62,934 nt of DNA, filler included, from 7 parts of 7 records of this genome joined end to end with filler, not necessarily neighbours in it, one strand, 5' to 3'; counted from the first letter of the whole stretch, positions 1-10,508 are shown. The notes: a model not told the origin generated them from the sequence alone. Program-made: numbers and translations.

Positions 1-878
1 GAAATCCGCCCCCGCCGGCTTCCGCCAATCTGCTAGGCATGCTGTGGATGTTGGGCGCCGCCTTTTCTTTCACACTGACTGCCGCGGCGATCAAATACCT
101 GGGTCGCACCCTGCCGCTATCCGAACTCATCTTTTTCCGCATGGGGTTGGGCGCCGTCATCATGCTGCCGTGGATGTTCCACGACGGCGGCATCGCCTCA
201 CTCGCCACACAACGGTTGGGAACCCATTTCGTTCGCGCCGTCTTTGGCATCTCGGCGTTCGCACTTTACGTCTACGCCATCAACAACATGCTCCTGGCCA
301 ACGCGACCGCCTTGGCCTTCACGACGCCGCTTTGGATGATCCCGGTATCACGCCTGTTCACCGGCGAGAAGGCCGGTCCGTTGCGCATTGTAGCTACGGT
401 TATCGGGTTCTTCGGTGTCCTGGTCGTCGCCCGGCCCGACATCGAAATCAGTTTGCCCGCCATGGCTGCGCTGTTCGGAGCATTGCTGATTTCCATCGCC
501 ATGCTTTTCGTCAAGCACCTGTCAACCACCGAAAGCCCGCAGAAGCTGACCTTTTACGTACAGGCCTTCGGCGGCCTGTTTCTGCTGCCTTTCACCATCC
601 ACGACTGGCAGAGCCCGACATATTATGAATGGGCGATCATTGTCGGTATCGGCTTGGTCGGCGCGGTGGGGCTTTTCTGCCAAGCCCGGGCTTACGGCAC
701 CGGCGATCCGACGGCGGTAGCACCGGTCGACTACACCCGCCTGCCCATCGCCATTCTGCTTGGGGTGATGATGTTCGGCGAACTGCCCGACGGTCCCGCC
801 TTTGCCGGCATGGCGATAATCCTGGGATCCGTGCTGTTCATTTCCTATCGCGAGCGCCGGGCCCGCCGCAAAACCTGA
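1..878 (+). CDS. DMT/EamA family transporter (probably 5' truncated)
   Basis: About 10 hydrophobic segments in two EamA-like halves; the frame stays open from the window start to ATG 39. Confidence 0.85.
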   Translation, partial: NPPPPASANLLGMLWMLGAAFSFTLTAAAIKYLGRTLPLSELIFFRMGLGAVIMLPWMFHDGGIASLATQRLGTHFVRAVFGISAFALYVYAINNMLLANATALAFTTPLWMIPVSRLFTGEKAGPLRIVATVIGFFGVLVVARPDIEISLPAMAALFGALLISIAMLFVKHLSTTESPQKLTFYVQAFGGLFLLPFTIHDWQSPTYYEWAIIVGIGLVGAVGLFCQARAYGTGDPTAVAPVDYTRLPIAILLGVMMFGELPDGPAFAGMAIILGSVLFISYRERRARRKT

Positions 879-903
879 AACCTGCCAAAGCGAGAGCCCT
901 AAT

Positions 904-2592
904 TTATTTTCCCTTGGCCTGTAGACGGGCCCAGGAATCGCGCAGGGCAACGGTGCGGTTGAAGACCGGTTTTTCGGGCGTCGAATCGGCGTCCTTGCAG
1001 AAATAACCCTGGCGTTCGAACTGCACTCCCTCGCCGACGGCCGCATCGGCCAGCGCCGGCTCGAGCAGACAGTCGCTCAAGATCTTCAACGAATCCGGAT
1101 TGATATCATCCAGGAAATCACCGTCCGCACCCGGATCGGACCGGTTGAACAGGTGATCGTAGAGCCGGACCTCGGCGGGAATTGCATGCGCCGCCGACAC
1201 CCAGTGCAGGGTCGCCTTGACCTTTCTTCCGTCCGGCGAATTGCCGCCGCGCGAAGCCGGATCGTAGGTGCAGCGAAGCTCGGTGACATTGCCTTCGGCA
1301 TCTTTCACGACGTCGGTGCAGGTGACGAAATAGGCATACCGCAGCCGGACCTCGCGCCCCGGCGCCAGGCGGAAGAACTTCTTCGGCGGGTCCTCCATGA
1401 AATCGGCCCGCTCGATGTAAAGTTCGCGCGAAAACGGAACCTTGCGCGATCCGGCGTTTTCGTCTTCCGGATTGTTGACGGCGTCGAGTTCTTCGGTTTC
1501 GCCTTCGGGATAGTTCTCGATCACCACCTTCAGGGGATCGAGCACGGCCATGCGGCGCAACGCCTGCTTGTTCAGGACCTCACGCACGCAATGCTCAAGA
1601 TAGGCAACCTCGATGACGTTGTCGGACTTGGTGACGCCGATACGGCGGGCAAAATCGCGCAGCGCCGCCGGCGGAAAGCCGCGGCGCCGGAGACCCGAGA
1701 TCGTCGGCATGCGCGGATCGTCCCATCCCGCCACATGGCCGTCCCTGACCAGTCGCAGCAGGTGGCGCTTGGAAACCACCGTGTGCGACAAATTCAGCCG
1801 CGAAAATTCGTGCTGACGGGGCCGGGCCGGAACCGGCAGGTTTTCGATGAACCAGTCGTACAGCGGCCGATGGTCCTCGAATTCCAGCGTGCAGATGGAA
1901 TGGGTGATGTGCTCGATGGCGTCCGACTGACCATGCGTAAAATCGTAGGTCGGATAGATGCACCAGGCATCGCCGGTGCGCGGATGCGTCGCGTGCAGGA
2001 TGCGATAGAGCACGGGATCGCGCAGGTTCATGTTGCCCGACGCCATGTCGATCTTGGCACGCAGGACGCGCGATCCATCCTCGAATTCGCCAGCCTTCAT
2101 GCGTCGGAACAGATCCATGTTCTCGTCGACGCTGCGATCCCGATGCGGGCTGTTTTTACCGGGCTCGGTCAGGGTGCCGCGATGGGCGCGGGTTTCATCG
2201 GCTGACAGGTCGTCGACATAGGCAAGACCGTTTGAAATCAGATGTTCGGCCCAGGCATAGAGCTGGTCGAAATAGTCCGACGCGTAATAAAGATGCTCGC
2301 CCCAATCGAAGCCGAGCCAACGCACGTCTTCCTGGATGCTGTCGATGTATTCCTGCTCTTCCTTGGTCGGGTTGGTATCGTCGAAACGCAAATGGCAGCG
2401 GCCGCCGAATTCCTGGGCGATGGAGAAGTTGAGGCAGATCGACTTGGCGTGCCCGATGTGCAGATAGCCGTTCGGTTCCGGCGGAAAGCGCGTGACGACG
2501 GAAGCGTGCCTGCCCGACGCCAGGTCACCGCGAACGATTTCGCGAATGAAATCGCGCCCGCCTTCTTCGGTTTCGCTTTCGGATTCGCTCAT
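904..2592 (-). CDS. glnS: Glutamine--tRNA ligase
   Basis: [17 protein letters not shown] (HIGH motif), [28 protein letters not shown]; likely start ATG 2592. Confidence 0.97.
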   Translation of the reverse strand: MSESESETEEGGRDFIREIVRGDLASGRHASVVTRFPPEPNGYLHIGHAKSICLNFSIAQEFGGRCHLRFDDTNPTKEEQEYIDSIQEDVRWLGFDWGEHLYYASDYFDQLYAWAEHLISNGLAYVDDLSADETRAHRGTLTEPGKNSPHRDRSVDENMDLFRRMKAGEFEDGSRVLRAKIDMASGNMNLRDPVLYRILHATHPRTGDAWCIYPTYDFTHGQSDAIEHITHSICTLEFEDHRPLYDWFIENLPVPARPRQHEFSRLNLSHTVVSKRHLLRLVRDGHVAGWDDPRMPTISGLRRRGFPPAALRDFARRIGVTKSDNVIEVAYLEHCVREVLNKQALRRMAVLDPLKVVIENYPEGETEELDAVNNPEDENAGSRKVPFSRELYIERADFMEDPPKKFFRLAPGREVRLRYAYFVTCTDVVKDAEGNVTELRCTYDPASRGGNSPDGRKVKATLHWVSAAHAIPAEVRLYDHLFNRSDPGADGDFLDDINPDSLKILSDCLLEPALADAAVGEGVQFERQGYFCKDADSTPEKPVFNRTVALRDSWARLQAKGK

Positions 2593-2751
2593 CGGGTTCT
2601 TCTCCACCTGTTCCTGCCCGCAACTCGAAGGCCTTTTTGCGGCCCCTTTATTACGCCCCGATGACGGCTTGTCAGCAAGAAAAGCGTATCGGCGTCAAGA
2701 GCGACGCTTTGTCGCTGCAACGCTCTTGACGACCGGTCCCAATCCTGCGGC

Positions 2752-3906
2752 CTAGAGTTCCGTCACCTCCATCCAGGCGCCGTCTTCCCAGCTTTTGAGC
2801 GCCAGTTCGGCCAATTGCACGCCTTTGGCGCCGCTCAGCAGGTTCCACGGGAACGGTGTGCCCTCGTAAATATGGCGGATGAACAGTTCCCACTGGAGGC
2901 GGAAAGCATTGGTATAGGGTTCGGAATCGGGGACCTCCTGCCAGGTCGCGTAGTAGTCGGGCGGCGACGCAAGATCGAGGCTCCACTGCGCCCTCGGCGT
3001 GTTTTCGCGATCCTGGGAAAAGCACTTGCCAAGGCCAGCAAAGGCCGAGCCGTCGGTGCCGTCGACATGCATCTGGATGATGTCCTCGCCGCGCAGGCGG
3101 GTACACCACGATGAATTGATCGGCACGACGATGCCGTTGTCGAGTTCGACGATGGCATAGGCCGCATCGTCGGCGGTCGCCGTGTAAGGTTTGCCGTCCT
3201 CGTCCCAGCGCTTCGGAATATGAGTCGCACCCATGCACACGATGCGCTTCGGATTTCCGAACAGTTCGATCATGTACTGATAGTGCGGGATCATATCGAG
3301 GATCATGGAACCGCCGTCTTCCTTGCGGTAGTTCCAGGATGGCCGCTGCGGCGCTTGAAGGTCTCCTTCGAAGACCCAGTAGCAACCCTCGACCCGGACC
3401 GACAGAACACGTCCGAAATGCCCGCCATCGAGAAGTTGGCGCACCTTATGGAAACCCGGGGCCCACAGCTTGTCGTGGACGACGCCATGCCTGATGCCGG
3501 CATCGGCGGCAAGCTTGTAAAGCCGATGCGCCTCGGCGCTGCCTTCGGCCGTCGGCTTTTCGCAGTAGACGTGCTTGCCGGCCGCGATCGCTTTTTCCAG
3601 GTTACCGGCGCGCTGCAGGGTGGAGCCGCCATCGAAATAGACCTCGACGCCGGGCTCGGCCAAGGCACCGTCAAGATCGGTGGTCCAGCGCGCAACGCCG
3701 CTTTCGGCGGACAGGGCCTCCAGCTTCTGCGGATTGCGTCCGACCAGGATCGGATCGGGAACCACTCGGGTACCATCGGCCAACACCACGCCGCCGGCCT
3801 TGGCAATGGCGAGAATGGAATGAATGAGATGCTGGTTTTTGCCCATGCGTCCGGTGACGCCGTTCATGACAATCTGCATTTTTCTTTCTGTCATTGCGTA
3901 TTCCAT
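2752..3906 (-). CDS. Gfo/Idh/MocA family oxidoreductase
   Basis: N-terminal Rossmann NGVTGRMG, GKHVYCEKP, RPSWNYRKEDGG. Confidence 0.9.
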   Translation of the reverse strand: MEYAMTERKMQIVMNGVTGRMGKNQHLIHSILAIAKAGGVVLADGTRVVPDPILVGRNPQKLEALSAESGVARWTTDLDGALAEPGVEVYFDGGSTLQRAGNLEKAIAAGKHVYCEKPTAEGSAEAHRLYKLAADAGIRHGVVHDKLWAPGFHKVRQLLDGGHFGRVLSVRVEGCYWVFEGDLQAPQRPSWNYRKEDGGSMILDMIPHYQYMIELFGNPKRIVCMGATHIPKRWDEDGKPYTATADDAAYAIVELDNGIVVPINSSWCTRLRGEDIIQMHVDGTDGSAFAGLGKCFSQDRENTPRAQWSLDLASPPDYYATWQEVPDSEPYTNAFRLQWELFIRHIYEGTPFPWNLLSGAKGVQLAELALKSWEDGAWMEVTEL

Positions 3907-3961
3907 AGTTCAGTTGGTTCAAAAAAAAGATGGCTATAGCCGGGCATCACCTGCTGCCCGA

Positions 3962-4906
3962 TCAAAGGACCTGAAAAACAAGCGGTTCGCCGGCCCGCAA
4001 TCGCCGGCAATTGTCGATGGCCACACCGAGGCTCCGTTCCAGCGTTTCCGGCGTCAGCCAAGACACGTGCGGCGACACCACAACGTTTTCGAGTTCGAGC
4101 AAGGGATTGTCCGGCGCCACCGGCTCGACCGCAAACACGTCAAGTCCGGCTGCCCGCAGATGGCCGGAGCAAAGCGCCTTGATGAGTTCGGCTTCGACCA
4201 CCAGTCCACCGCGGGCCGTATTGACCAAGACCGCGCCGGGCTTCATCGCGGCGATCGCCTCGGCATCGATGAGGCCGGCCGTTTGCGGCGTTTCCGGAAT
4301 GTGAAGTGAAATCACGTCGGCCCGCGCCAGCAGGTCTTCCAGCGAACACCATTCCAAAAGCACGTCGGGTTTGGGATCGATGTCGGTGTACAGCACGTCG
4401 GCCCCGAACGCCTGCACAATCGCGGCAACCCGCCGACCGACTTCGCCGAATCCCACCAGGCCGACGGTTCGTCCGGCCAATTCGCCAAGTCCGTCGAAGG
4501 CTTCGAGCTGGGGCACCCATCCGGTACCCTCGCGGGTCGCCCGGTCGAAATAGGGTAATCGCCGGAGCGCCGCCAGCATCAGCATGACGGTCATTTCCGC
4601 CACCGCCTGGCTGTTCGTTCCCGGCATATTGGCAACGGCGATATCGGCGTCTTTTGCCGCCTCCAGATCGATTGTGTTGACGCCGACGCCGATCTTCTGG
4701 ATCAACCGCAGTTCCGGGGCAGCGGCGATCACTTCGGCCGTCACCGGCTCAAGGACATGCAACAGCACGGTGGCGTCCGTCATCTCGGCACGGAAGGTGT
4801 CCCGGTCGTTCTCTTCGACGACGACGATATCCAGCCAACCCGGCCTCTCACTCTCGATGCGGGAGCGGAAACCGGGGCTCGCCCGATACTGGAGAACTGC
4901 TTTCAT
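3962..4906 (-). CDS. D-isomer-specific 2-hydroxyacid dehydrogenase
   Basis: GLVGFGEVG, LVNTARG, AGLDVF, SPHV motifs. Confidence 0.92.
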   Translation of the reverse strand: MKAVLQYRASPGFRSRIESERPGWLDIVVVEENDRDTFRAEMTDATVLLHVLEPVTAEVIAAAPELRLIQKIGVGVNTIDLEAAKDADIAVANMPGTNSQAVAEMTVMLMLAALRRLPYFDRATREGTGWVPQLEAFDGLGELAGRTVGLVGFGEVGRRVAAIVQAFGADVLYTDIDPKPDVLLEWCSLEDLLARADVISLHIPETPQTAGLIDAEAIAAMKPGAVLVNTARGGLVVEAELIKALCSGHLRAAGLDVFAVEPVAPDNPLLELENVVVSPHVSWLTPETLERSLGVAIDNCRRLRAGEPLVFQVL

Positions 4907-4910
4907 TTCG

Positions 4911-5981
4911 TTACCTCTCGTCACGACGGCCAGGGGTGTCCGCGTTCACGTCCGGATGCAGCGGTGCCGTGCTGCCGCGCACCACCAGGAAGGGCGGATA
5001 GGTGGCCGAGCTTTGCGTTTCCGGCGGCGTATCGGCAACGGCGCGTTCGCGGATTCGCCGAATGGCCAAGTCGCCGGCCGCCAAGGCAATATCGCGCACC
5101 GGCAGTCCGACAGTCGTGAGGCCCGTTTGCCACCACCGGAACAACGCCGAATCGCCGTATCCGACCAGCGACAGATCGCGGGGAACCCGTACCCGTCTTT
5201 CCTCCAGGGCTTCGAGCACGCCGTGGGTGATACGAGAGCCGCCGGCAACGATCGCGGTCGGGGCTGGCTGTTCGTCGAGAAGGTCGCCGGTGGCTGTCCG
5301 TCCGAAGGCCGCACGCGGCGCTCCGGTGCGCATCCACGCGGACGTGGGCCAAAGGCCGGCCTCCGACATGGCCAGACGGAACCCGCGCAGGCGCGCGGCG
5401 CCGGTGCTCAGGCCCTCATGCCCGCCGACGTAGGCGATGTGGCGATGACCCAGGTTCAGGAGATGCCGGGTCGCCTCGGCAATGCCCGCCTCGTCATCGA
5501 TGCCCAGCCAATCCGAACCGACGGCCTGGTTGTTTCGGATCATCTGGACGACCGGCAGGTCCTCCAGCAGGCCAACCGTTTCACGCCGCACCGAGTCGCT
5601 GGGAACGATCAGGACCCCGGCGGCCCGCGCCGCCCACAAGGCGCGGACATGCATGAGCTCGGTTTCCGAATCGTCCTCGGTATTGGCCAAGACAAGCTGG
5701 AAACCGGCCTTGTTGCAGACTTCGGTCAGGGCCTTGGCGACGGTTGCATAGAAATCGTTCTGGATGTCCGGAATGATCAGCCCGATCAATGTGCTGCGCT
5801 GGCCCCGCATGACCCGTGCCGCCAGATCGGCGACGTAGCCCATTTCGGCCGCCGCCGAGCGAACCCGCGCCTTGGTCTCGTTGCTGGTATGCGGATGGTC
5901 GGCCAGGGCGCGCGACACCGTGGTGTGCGAGATGCCCAGATGTTCGGCGATGTCCTTGATGGTGACGTTGTGCCGGGCCAC
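4911..5981 (-). CDS. LacI family transcriptional regulator
   Basis: VTIKDIAEHLGISHTTVSRAL helix-turn-helix followed by a periplasmic-binding-protein-like domain. Confidence 0.95.
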   Translation of the reverse strand: MARHNVTIKDIAEHLGISHTTVSRALADHPHTSNETKARVRSAAAEMGYVADLAARVMRGQRSTLIGLIIPDIQNDFYATVAKALTEVCNKAGFQLVLANTEDDSETELMHVRALWAARAAGVLIVPSDSVRRETVGLLEDLPVVQMIRNNQAVGSDWLGIDDEAGIAEATRHLLNLGHRHIAYVGGHEGLSTGAARLRGFRLAMSEAGLWPTSAWMRTGAPRAAFGRTATGDLLDEQPAPTAIVAGGSRITHGVLEALEERRVRVPRDLSLVGYGDSALFRWWQTGLTTVGLPVRDIALAAGDLAIRRIRERAVADTPPETQSSATYPPFLVVRGSTAPLHPDVNADTPGRRDER

Positions 5982-6004
5982 GGATCGGATGCCTCGAATG
6001 GAAA

Positions 6005-6026
6005 GTTATGTGAACGTGAACATAAC
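6005..6026. promoter_or_regulatory. Putative LacI-type operator
   Basis: GTTATGT-GAACGTGA-ACATAAC: perfect 7-bp arms around a central CG, between the LacI gene and the divergent operon. Confidence 0.6.
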
Positions 6027-6201
6027 AGATGAACCATAATGGTCAAACTGCTAGTTTTATCCACGCACTTGAAATGCACACGTTATCATAATACCTTCGG
6101 AATCCGCCTTCCTGACAGGGTGGACGCCAGCCGGCGATTGACGGCACGCCCCGCTTCGTCGGACCATGGGCGCAGGCAATTGGCAAAGGGAAAGCACGGC
6201 A

Positions 6202-7122
6202 ATGAAACCCTTCACCTTCGAGAGCGACGCCATCGACCTGCCGAAGGGGGCCTGGGCCGGCACCCATCGCCGCAGCCTTCGCCAAAACGGCAACGACATC
6301 CTGTCGCTGACCCAGGGGAGCCTGCGGAACTACGTTTTTCCGCTCTACACCCCGGCCGGATATGCCGTCACCACCGAAGGACCGGCCGACCATCCGCACC
6401 ACAATTCACTGTGGATCGCCAGCGACCACGTGCATTGCCATGTGCCGGCGGCGGACGGAAAGACGGAAACCTATGCCTACAATTTCTACGTCAATCACAC
6501 CTTTCAGGGGCGCGCCCCGGGCCGCATCCTTGAGACTGCCGCCGACGGCGCCGAAACCGATGACGGGGCCTTCGCCTTCGAACAACAACTCGACTGGACC
6601 GGCCCGGCCGAATGGGGCGCCGAGGGAGGCCGCATCGTCGCGAAGGAACGCCGGGCCTGGACCGTAAAACCCGGCGAACATTTTCATGTCATCGACCTGA
6701 CCTCGTGTTTGCGCGCCACCGATTGGGACCTGTCGTTGGGTCCGACCCGGCACGCCTATTTCAACCTGCGCATCGCCGAATCCATGCGGGTGACGCGCGG
6801 CGGCAAACTGATCGACGCCGACGGCGCCGAAGGCGGCGATGCGGTCAGCCGTGGCCAAGCCCGCTGGGTCGACTATTCGGGCCCGGTCGGCGGCGGCCAC
6901 ACCGCCGGCGTCACGCTGATGGCCGGGTCCGGAATCGCACAGGTCAACTGGTTCGCCACCGACTGGGGAGTCGTCACCCTGCAGCCCCTGCGCGACGCCG
7001 CCCGCGAGATCAAACAAGGCGACGCGCTGGCGATGAGCGTGCGCCTGATCGTGCATGACGGCGTCCTGGAAGCAAACCGCATCGACGAATTGTACGAAGC
7101 CTTCGCAGAAGGCACCGAATAA
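6202..7122 (+). CDS. DUF6807 / 'PmoA-family' (PF14100-like) protein of unknown function
   Basis: YVFPLYTPAG and DHPHHNSLW motifs, ARWVDYSG; soluble beta-rich sequence, unlike true membrane PmoA. Confidence 0.7.
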   Translation: MKPFTFESDAIDLPKGAWAGTHRRSLRQNGNDILSLTQGSLRNYVFPLYTPAGYAVTTEGPADHPHHNSLWIASDHVHCHVPAADGKTETYAYNFYVNHTFQGRAPGRILETAADGAETDDGAFAFEQQLDWTGPAEWGAEGGRIVAKERRAWTVKPGEHFHVIDLTSCLRATDWDLSLGPTRHAYFNLRIAESMRVTRGGKLIDADGAEGGDAVSRGQARWVDYSGPVGGGHTAGVTLMAGSGIAQVNWFATDWGVVTLQPLRDAAREIKQGDALAMSVRLIVHDGVLEANRIDELYEAFAEGTE

Positions 7123-7161
7123 AAACCAGCAAGACCAACCGCAAGCAACAAGGGAACCTCC

Positions 7162-7935
7162 ATGAAAATCGCCCGCTACCGGACCGCCGGATCCATCCAT
7201 TACGGCAGCCTCGAAGACGACGGCAATTACCGGCGGCTGGCCGCCTCGCCGTTCGATAGCCTCGAGACGACGACCACCGTCGACGCCGCCGCCGACGTCA
7301 CCCTGCTGGCCCCCGTCGAGGCGCCGCGCATTTTCGGGGTCGGGCTCAACTACGTCTCCCACATCGAGGAAAGCGGCATGGCGACGCCACAATTCCCGAT
7401 GCTGTTCATGAAACCGTCGACGGCGGCGACCGATCCCGGGGCGCCGATCGTTTATCCGCACGAGGGCACCGAGGTGCACTTCGAGGGCGAACTGGCGGTG
7501 GTGATCGGCAAGCAGGCACGCCGCATATCGGAAGAAGACGCGCTTTCCTGCGTGCTCGGTTACACCTGCGCCGACGACGTCAGCGAACGCCCGATCCAGT
7601 TCGCCGAGATGAAGACCGGCTGCCTGCTGATCGGCAAGGCGTTCGACACCTTCTGCCCGCTGGGCCCGGTCATCGCCACCGGCCTGGATCCCGACAACCT
7701 GGACCTGAAGGCGCGTCTCAACGGCGAACAGCGGCAGAGCATCAACACGTCCGATCTGCTGTTTTCGGTCGCCAAGCTGATCTCCTACATCAGCGCCGCG
7801 ATCACATTGCTGCCCGGCGACGTCATCATCACCGGCACCCCGCACGGGGTCGGCCCGGTGCAGCCCGGCGATGAAGTGGAAATCGAGATTTCCGGTATCG
7901 GGATCCTCAAGAATCCGGTGATTGCGGAAGCCTGA
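7162..7935 (+). CDS. Fumarylacetoacetate hydrolase family protein
   Basis: GLNY, FMKP, HFEGELAVVIGK, DDVSER, GDVIITGTP. Confidence 0.95.
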   Translation: MKIARYRTAGSIHYGSLEDDGNYRRLAASPFDSLETTTTVDAAADVTLLAPVEAPRIFGVGLNYVSHIEESGMATPQFPMLFMKPSTAATDPGAPIVYPHEGTEVHFEGELAVVIGKQARRISEEDALSCVLGYTCADDVSERPIQFAEMKTGCLLIGKAFDTFCPLGPVIATGLDPDNLDLKARLNGEQRQSINTSDLLFSVAKLISYISAAITLLPGDVIITGTPHGVGPVQPGDEVEIEISGIGILKNPVIAEA

Positions 7936-7947
7936 ATCCCTGGCCCG

Positions 7948-7975
7948 TTGACGGCTTCAACCGCCATGGTATAAG
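7948..7975 (+). promoter_or_regulatory. Putative sigma70 promoter of the small lipoprotein gene
   Basis: TTGACG-16 nt-TATAAG with an extended -10 TG. Confidence 0.45.
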
Positions 7976-8009
7976 GCGCGCACCCGCCGGCACGAAGGGA
8001 CCGACGACC

Positions 8010-8186
8010 ATGTCCAGTTTGCGCCAAACCGCCAACCTGAGCCGCCTCGCCCTGGTCCTGACCTGTCTGATCGGGCTGGCCAGCACATTGGCGGCGTGTT
8101 CCAGCGACGAGGTGCTGCGTTCGGTCTACGAAGGCGGCCGCAGCGCCTGCAAACATGCCGACAACTGCGACGTCAAAAACGACTGA
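8010..8186 (+). CDS. Small 58-aa lipoprotein (below the ORF-track cutoff)
   Basis: MSSLRQTANLSRLALVLTCLIGLASTLAAC-SSDEVLRSVYEGGRSACKHADNCDVKND; LAAC lipobox; AAGGGA SD upstream. Confidence 0.7.
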   Translation: MSSLRQTANLSRLALVLTCLIGLASTLAACSSDEVLRSVYEGGRSACKHADNCDVKND

Positions 8187-8221
8187 GCGGCCCCGGCGCC
8201 GATCCGTATCGGCGGCATCGC

Positions 8222-9292
8222 TCATCCCTGGACAGCGGTGGCGGCGCCCATCGCAGCGCCCTCGCGGTGGGCCGCAAACGAGATCAGGCGCTGCGTGCGT
8301 TCTTCCCACAGGGCGAGGCGCAGGCACGACAGGCTGGCCCGCAGACCCAACCGGTTGATCGTTTTCAGGGCCGGGATTTCGGCCAGGCATTCGGCTAGGC
8401 GATAGTTGGGAATGCGGCAGGACAGATGGTGGATGTGGTGGATGCCGATGTCGCCGGAGAACCAGCGCAGGGGCTGCGGCAGGTCGTAATAGCTGCTGGC
8501 CGCGACCGAGGCTTCGAAAAAGTCCCACTGATCGTCGTTCCGCCAGTAGGTGGTTTCGAACTGGTGCTGGATATAGAACAGCCAGACCCCGGCGGCGGAC
8601 GACATGAGCACGATCGGCGCCTGCACCATCAGAAGATTGAGATAACCGAAGGCCGAGCCGAGGGCGACGATGAGCGCGGCGAGCCCGAGGTTGGTCGCCA
8701 TGACGCTTTTCAACAGGCCGGGATGGCGGCGAATCATGTCCATCGGCAGGCGGTGCTTGAAGACGAACAAGAAGATCGGCCCAATGATCAGCAGGACGGC
8801 CGGGTGACGGTACAAGCGATAGGCCAGGCGTTGGCGCGGCGCCAGCGCCTCGTATTCGGCGACAGTTAGGACGCTGACATCGCCGATGCCGCGTTTCTGC
8901 AGGTTGCCGCAGGTGGCGTGATGGGCGTTGTGCGAACGCCGCCAGTATTCGTGCGGGGTCAGGGTGACGACGCCGATGATGGCGCCGATCAGATCGTTCA
9001 AGCGGCGCGATTTGAAGAATGCGTGATGGGCGCAGTCGTGCTGAAGAATGAACAGCCGCACCGTGAAGGCGGCGGCCGGCAGCGACAGTAAAAGCGTCAG
9101 CCAATAGGCGCCGTCGACGGCCATCATCATCAGGCCCCAGATGATCACCAGCGGGATGGCGGTGTTGAGCAACTGCCAGACGCTGCGCCCGATTTGCGGC
9201 GTGGCGTGACAGCGCACCGAACGCGCCCATTGCCGCGCGCTTTCGCGCAGATCCGTCGTGTCCTCGAGAAGGCTGTCGGAGGCGGACGCCAC
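8222..9292 (-). CDS. Membrane fatty acid desaturase
   Basis: Three His boxes HDCAH, HNAHH, HHIHH; probable GTG start 9292 (the longer ORF overlaps the divergent gene). Confidence 0.92.
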   Translation of the reverse strand: MASASDSLLEDTTDLRESARQWARSVRCHATPQIGRSVWQLLNTAIPLVIIWGLMMMAVDGAYWLTLLLSLPAAAFTVRLFILQHDCAHHAFFKSRRLNDLIGAIIGVVTLTPHEYWRRSHNAHHATCGNLQKRGIGDVSVLTVAEYEALAPRQRLAYRLYRHPAVLLIIGPIFLFVFKHRLPMDMIRRHPGLLKSVMATNLGLAALIVALGSAFGYLNLLMVQAPIVLMSSAAGVWLFYIQHQFETTYWRNDDQWDFFEASVAASSYYDLPQPLRWFSGDIGIHHIHHLSCRIPNYRLAECLAEIPALKTINRLGLRASLSCLRLALWEERTQRLISFAAHREGAAMGAATAVQG

Positions 9293-9473
9293 GGGGCCCC
9301 GCCCTCTACCGGTGGATATAACCTGTGTCCCACAACTTCGACCGGGTTCGATTCTGATCCCCTTTCGGCGGCGGATCAAGGTGGAAATGAAGCGCCGCGC
9401 CTTCCCCGATCGGACCCGAGCCGCTAAGATCGCGGCCCGACGGGATCGATTGGACGGAACAACGGGAGGCGGC

Positions 9474-9862
9474 ATGAAGGCGGCATACATCGACAGGCAG
9501 GGCGGACCGGACGAGCTTAAATACGGCGACTTGCCGGACCCGGTGGCCGGACCGGGCCAAGTGGTCGTCGACATTCATTCGGCCAGCGTCAACGGCGCCG
9601 ATTGGAAGGTGCGGGACGGAAGCTATGCGCCGCTGACCAAATTCCCCTACGTGCTTGGCCGGGATTTTTCGGGCGTGGTGGCCGAGATCGGCGAAGGCGT
9701 CACCGATTTCGTGCCCGGCGATGCCGTTTTCGCGGTCTGCCCGGTCGTCCAGGAAAGCGCCTACGCCGAGAAGATCGCCATCAACGCCGCCCTCTGCGCC
9801 GCCAAGCCGGACGGGTATGACCATACGGACATGGCGGCGGTCGCGCTCATCGGGTTGACGGC
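9474..9862 (+). CDS. NADP-dependent MDR/quinone oxidoreductase family protein (3' truncated)
   Basis: MKAAYIDRQGGPDEL, SVNGADWK, LGRDFSGVV; GGGAGG SD. Confidence 0.88.
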
Positions 9863-9962
9863 NNNNNNNNNNNNNNNNNNNNNNNNNNNNNNNNNNNNNN
9901 NNNNNNTTAATTAATTAANNNNNNNNNNNNNNNNNNNNNNNNNNNNNNNNNNNNNNNNNNNN
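9863..9962. other. Artificial contig spacer
   Basis: N run + TTAATTAATTAA + N run, 100 nt. Confidence 0.99.
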
Positions 9963-10313
9963 GTCTATGCGGCCCGATGCGTGAGTGGGCTCACGGCCCA
10001 GGAAGATATTCTCCCCCACGCTCAATGCGGGCAGCAGGTTCAGTTCCTGGTGAATGATGGCGATGCCCTTGTCCATGGCGTCGCGGGGGGACGTTATAAC
10101 AAGCTCGGAGCCACCGGAAAGGATGGAGCCGCCGCTGTGGGTGTAGGCCCCGCAAAGGATCTTCATAAGGGTGGACTTGCCGGCTCCGTTTTCCCCCAGG
10201 AGGGCCATGACTTGACCTTTGTAGATATTGAGATGGACATCGTCCAGGGCCAGAACGCCTGGAAATTCCTTACTGATGCCGACCATCTGCAATAGAATTT
10301 TAGAACTCTCCAT
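9963..10313 (-). CDS. Sugar ABC transporter ATP-binding protein, RbsA-like (3' truncated)
   Basis: ISKEFPGVLALD, Walker A GENGAGKST, IHQELNL. Confidence 0.92.
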
Positions 10314-10443
10314 AATACCTCTGTACTAAAAAATCAGATATTGTTTATTGAATGTTCACACTGATGTTTAGTTCTGTCAAGGAAAAAATTGTGTGTTTTA
10401 GGTGTTTGGGAACTTCCTTTCTCGTTATTTGATAAGTTTAGTG

Positions 10444-10455
10444 CTAAATGTTTAG
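10444..10455. promoter_or_regulatory. Putative LacI-type operator
   Basis: CTAAATGTTTAG near-palindrome; further TGTTTAG half-sites in the divergent intergenic region. Confidence 0.45.
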
Positions 10456-10473
10456 TTGGTGTTTAGAAAATGA

Positions 10474-10502
10474 TTGACAGATGTCTGATCTGTCCCTATC
10501 AT
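10474..10502 (+). promoter_or_regulatory. sigma70 promoter, probably giving a leaderless LacI mRNA
   Basis: TTGACA-17 nt-TATCAT ending 6 nt before ATG 10509. Confidence 0.65.
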
Positions 10503-10508
10503 GACAAC

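Noticed and set aside
6202-7122. Methane monooxygenase (from the PmoA-family label)
   Set aside because: Soluble protein with no TM helices and no pmoB/pmoC; the family name is misleading.
4584-9230. Long antisense or alternate-frame ORFs (4584-6032, 6406-7845, 7785-9230; also 1153-2205, 23209-24432)
   Set aside because: Shadow ORFs typical of high-GC DNA; they overlap well-supported genes and have no recognisable motifs.
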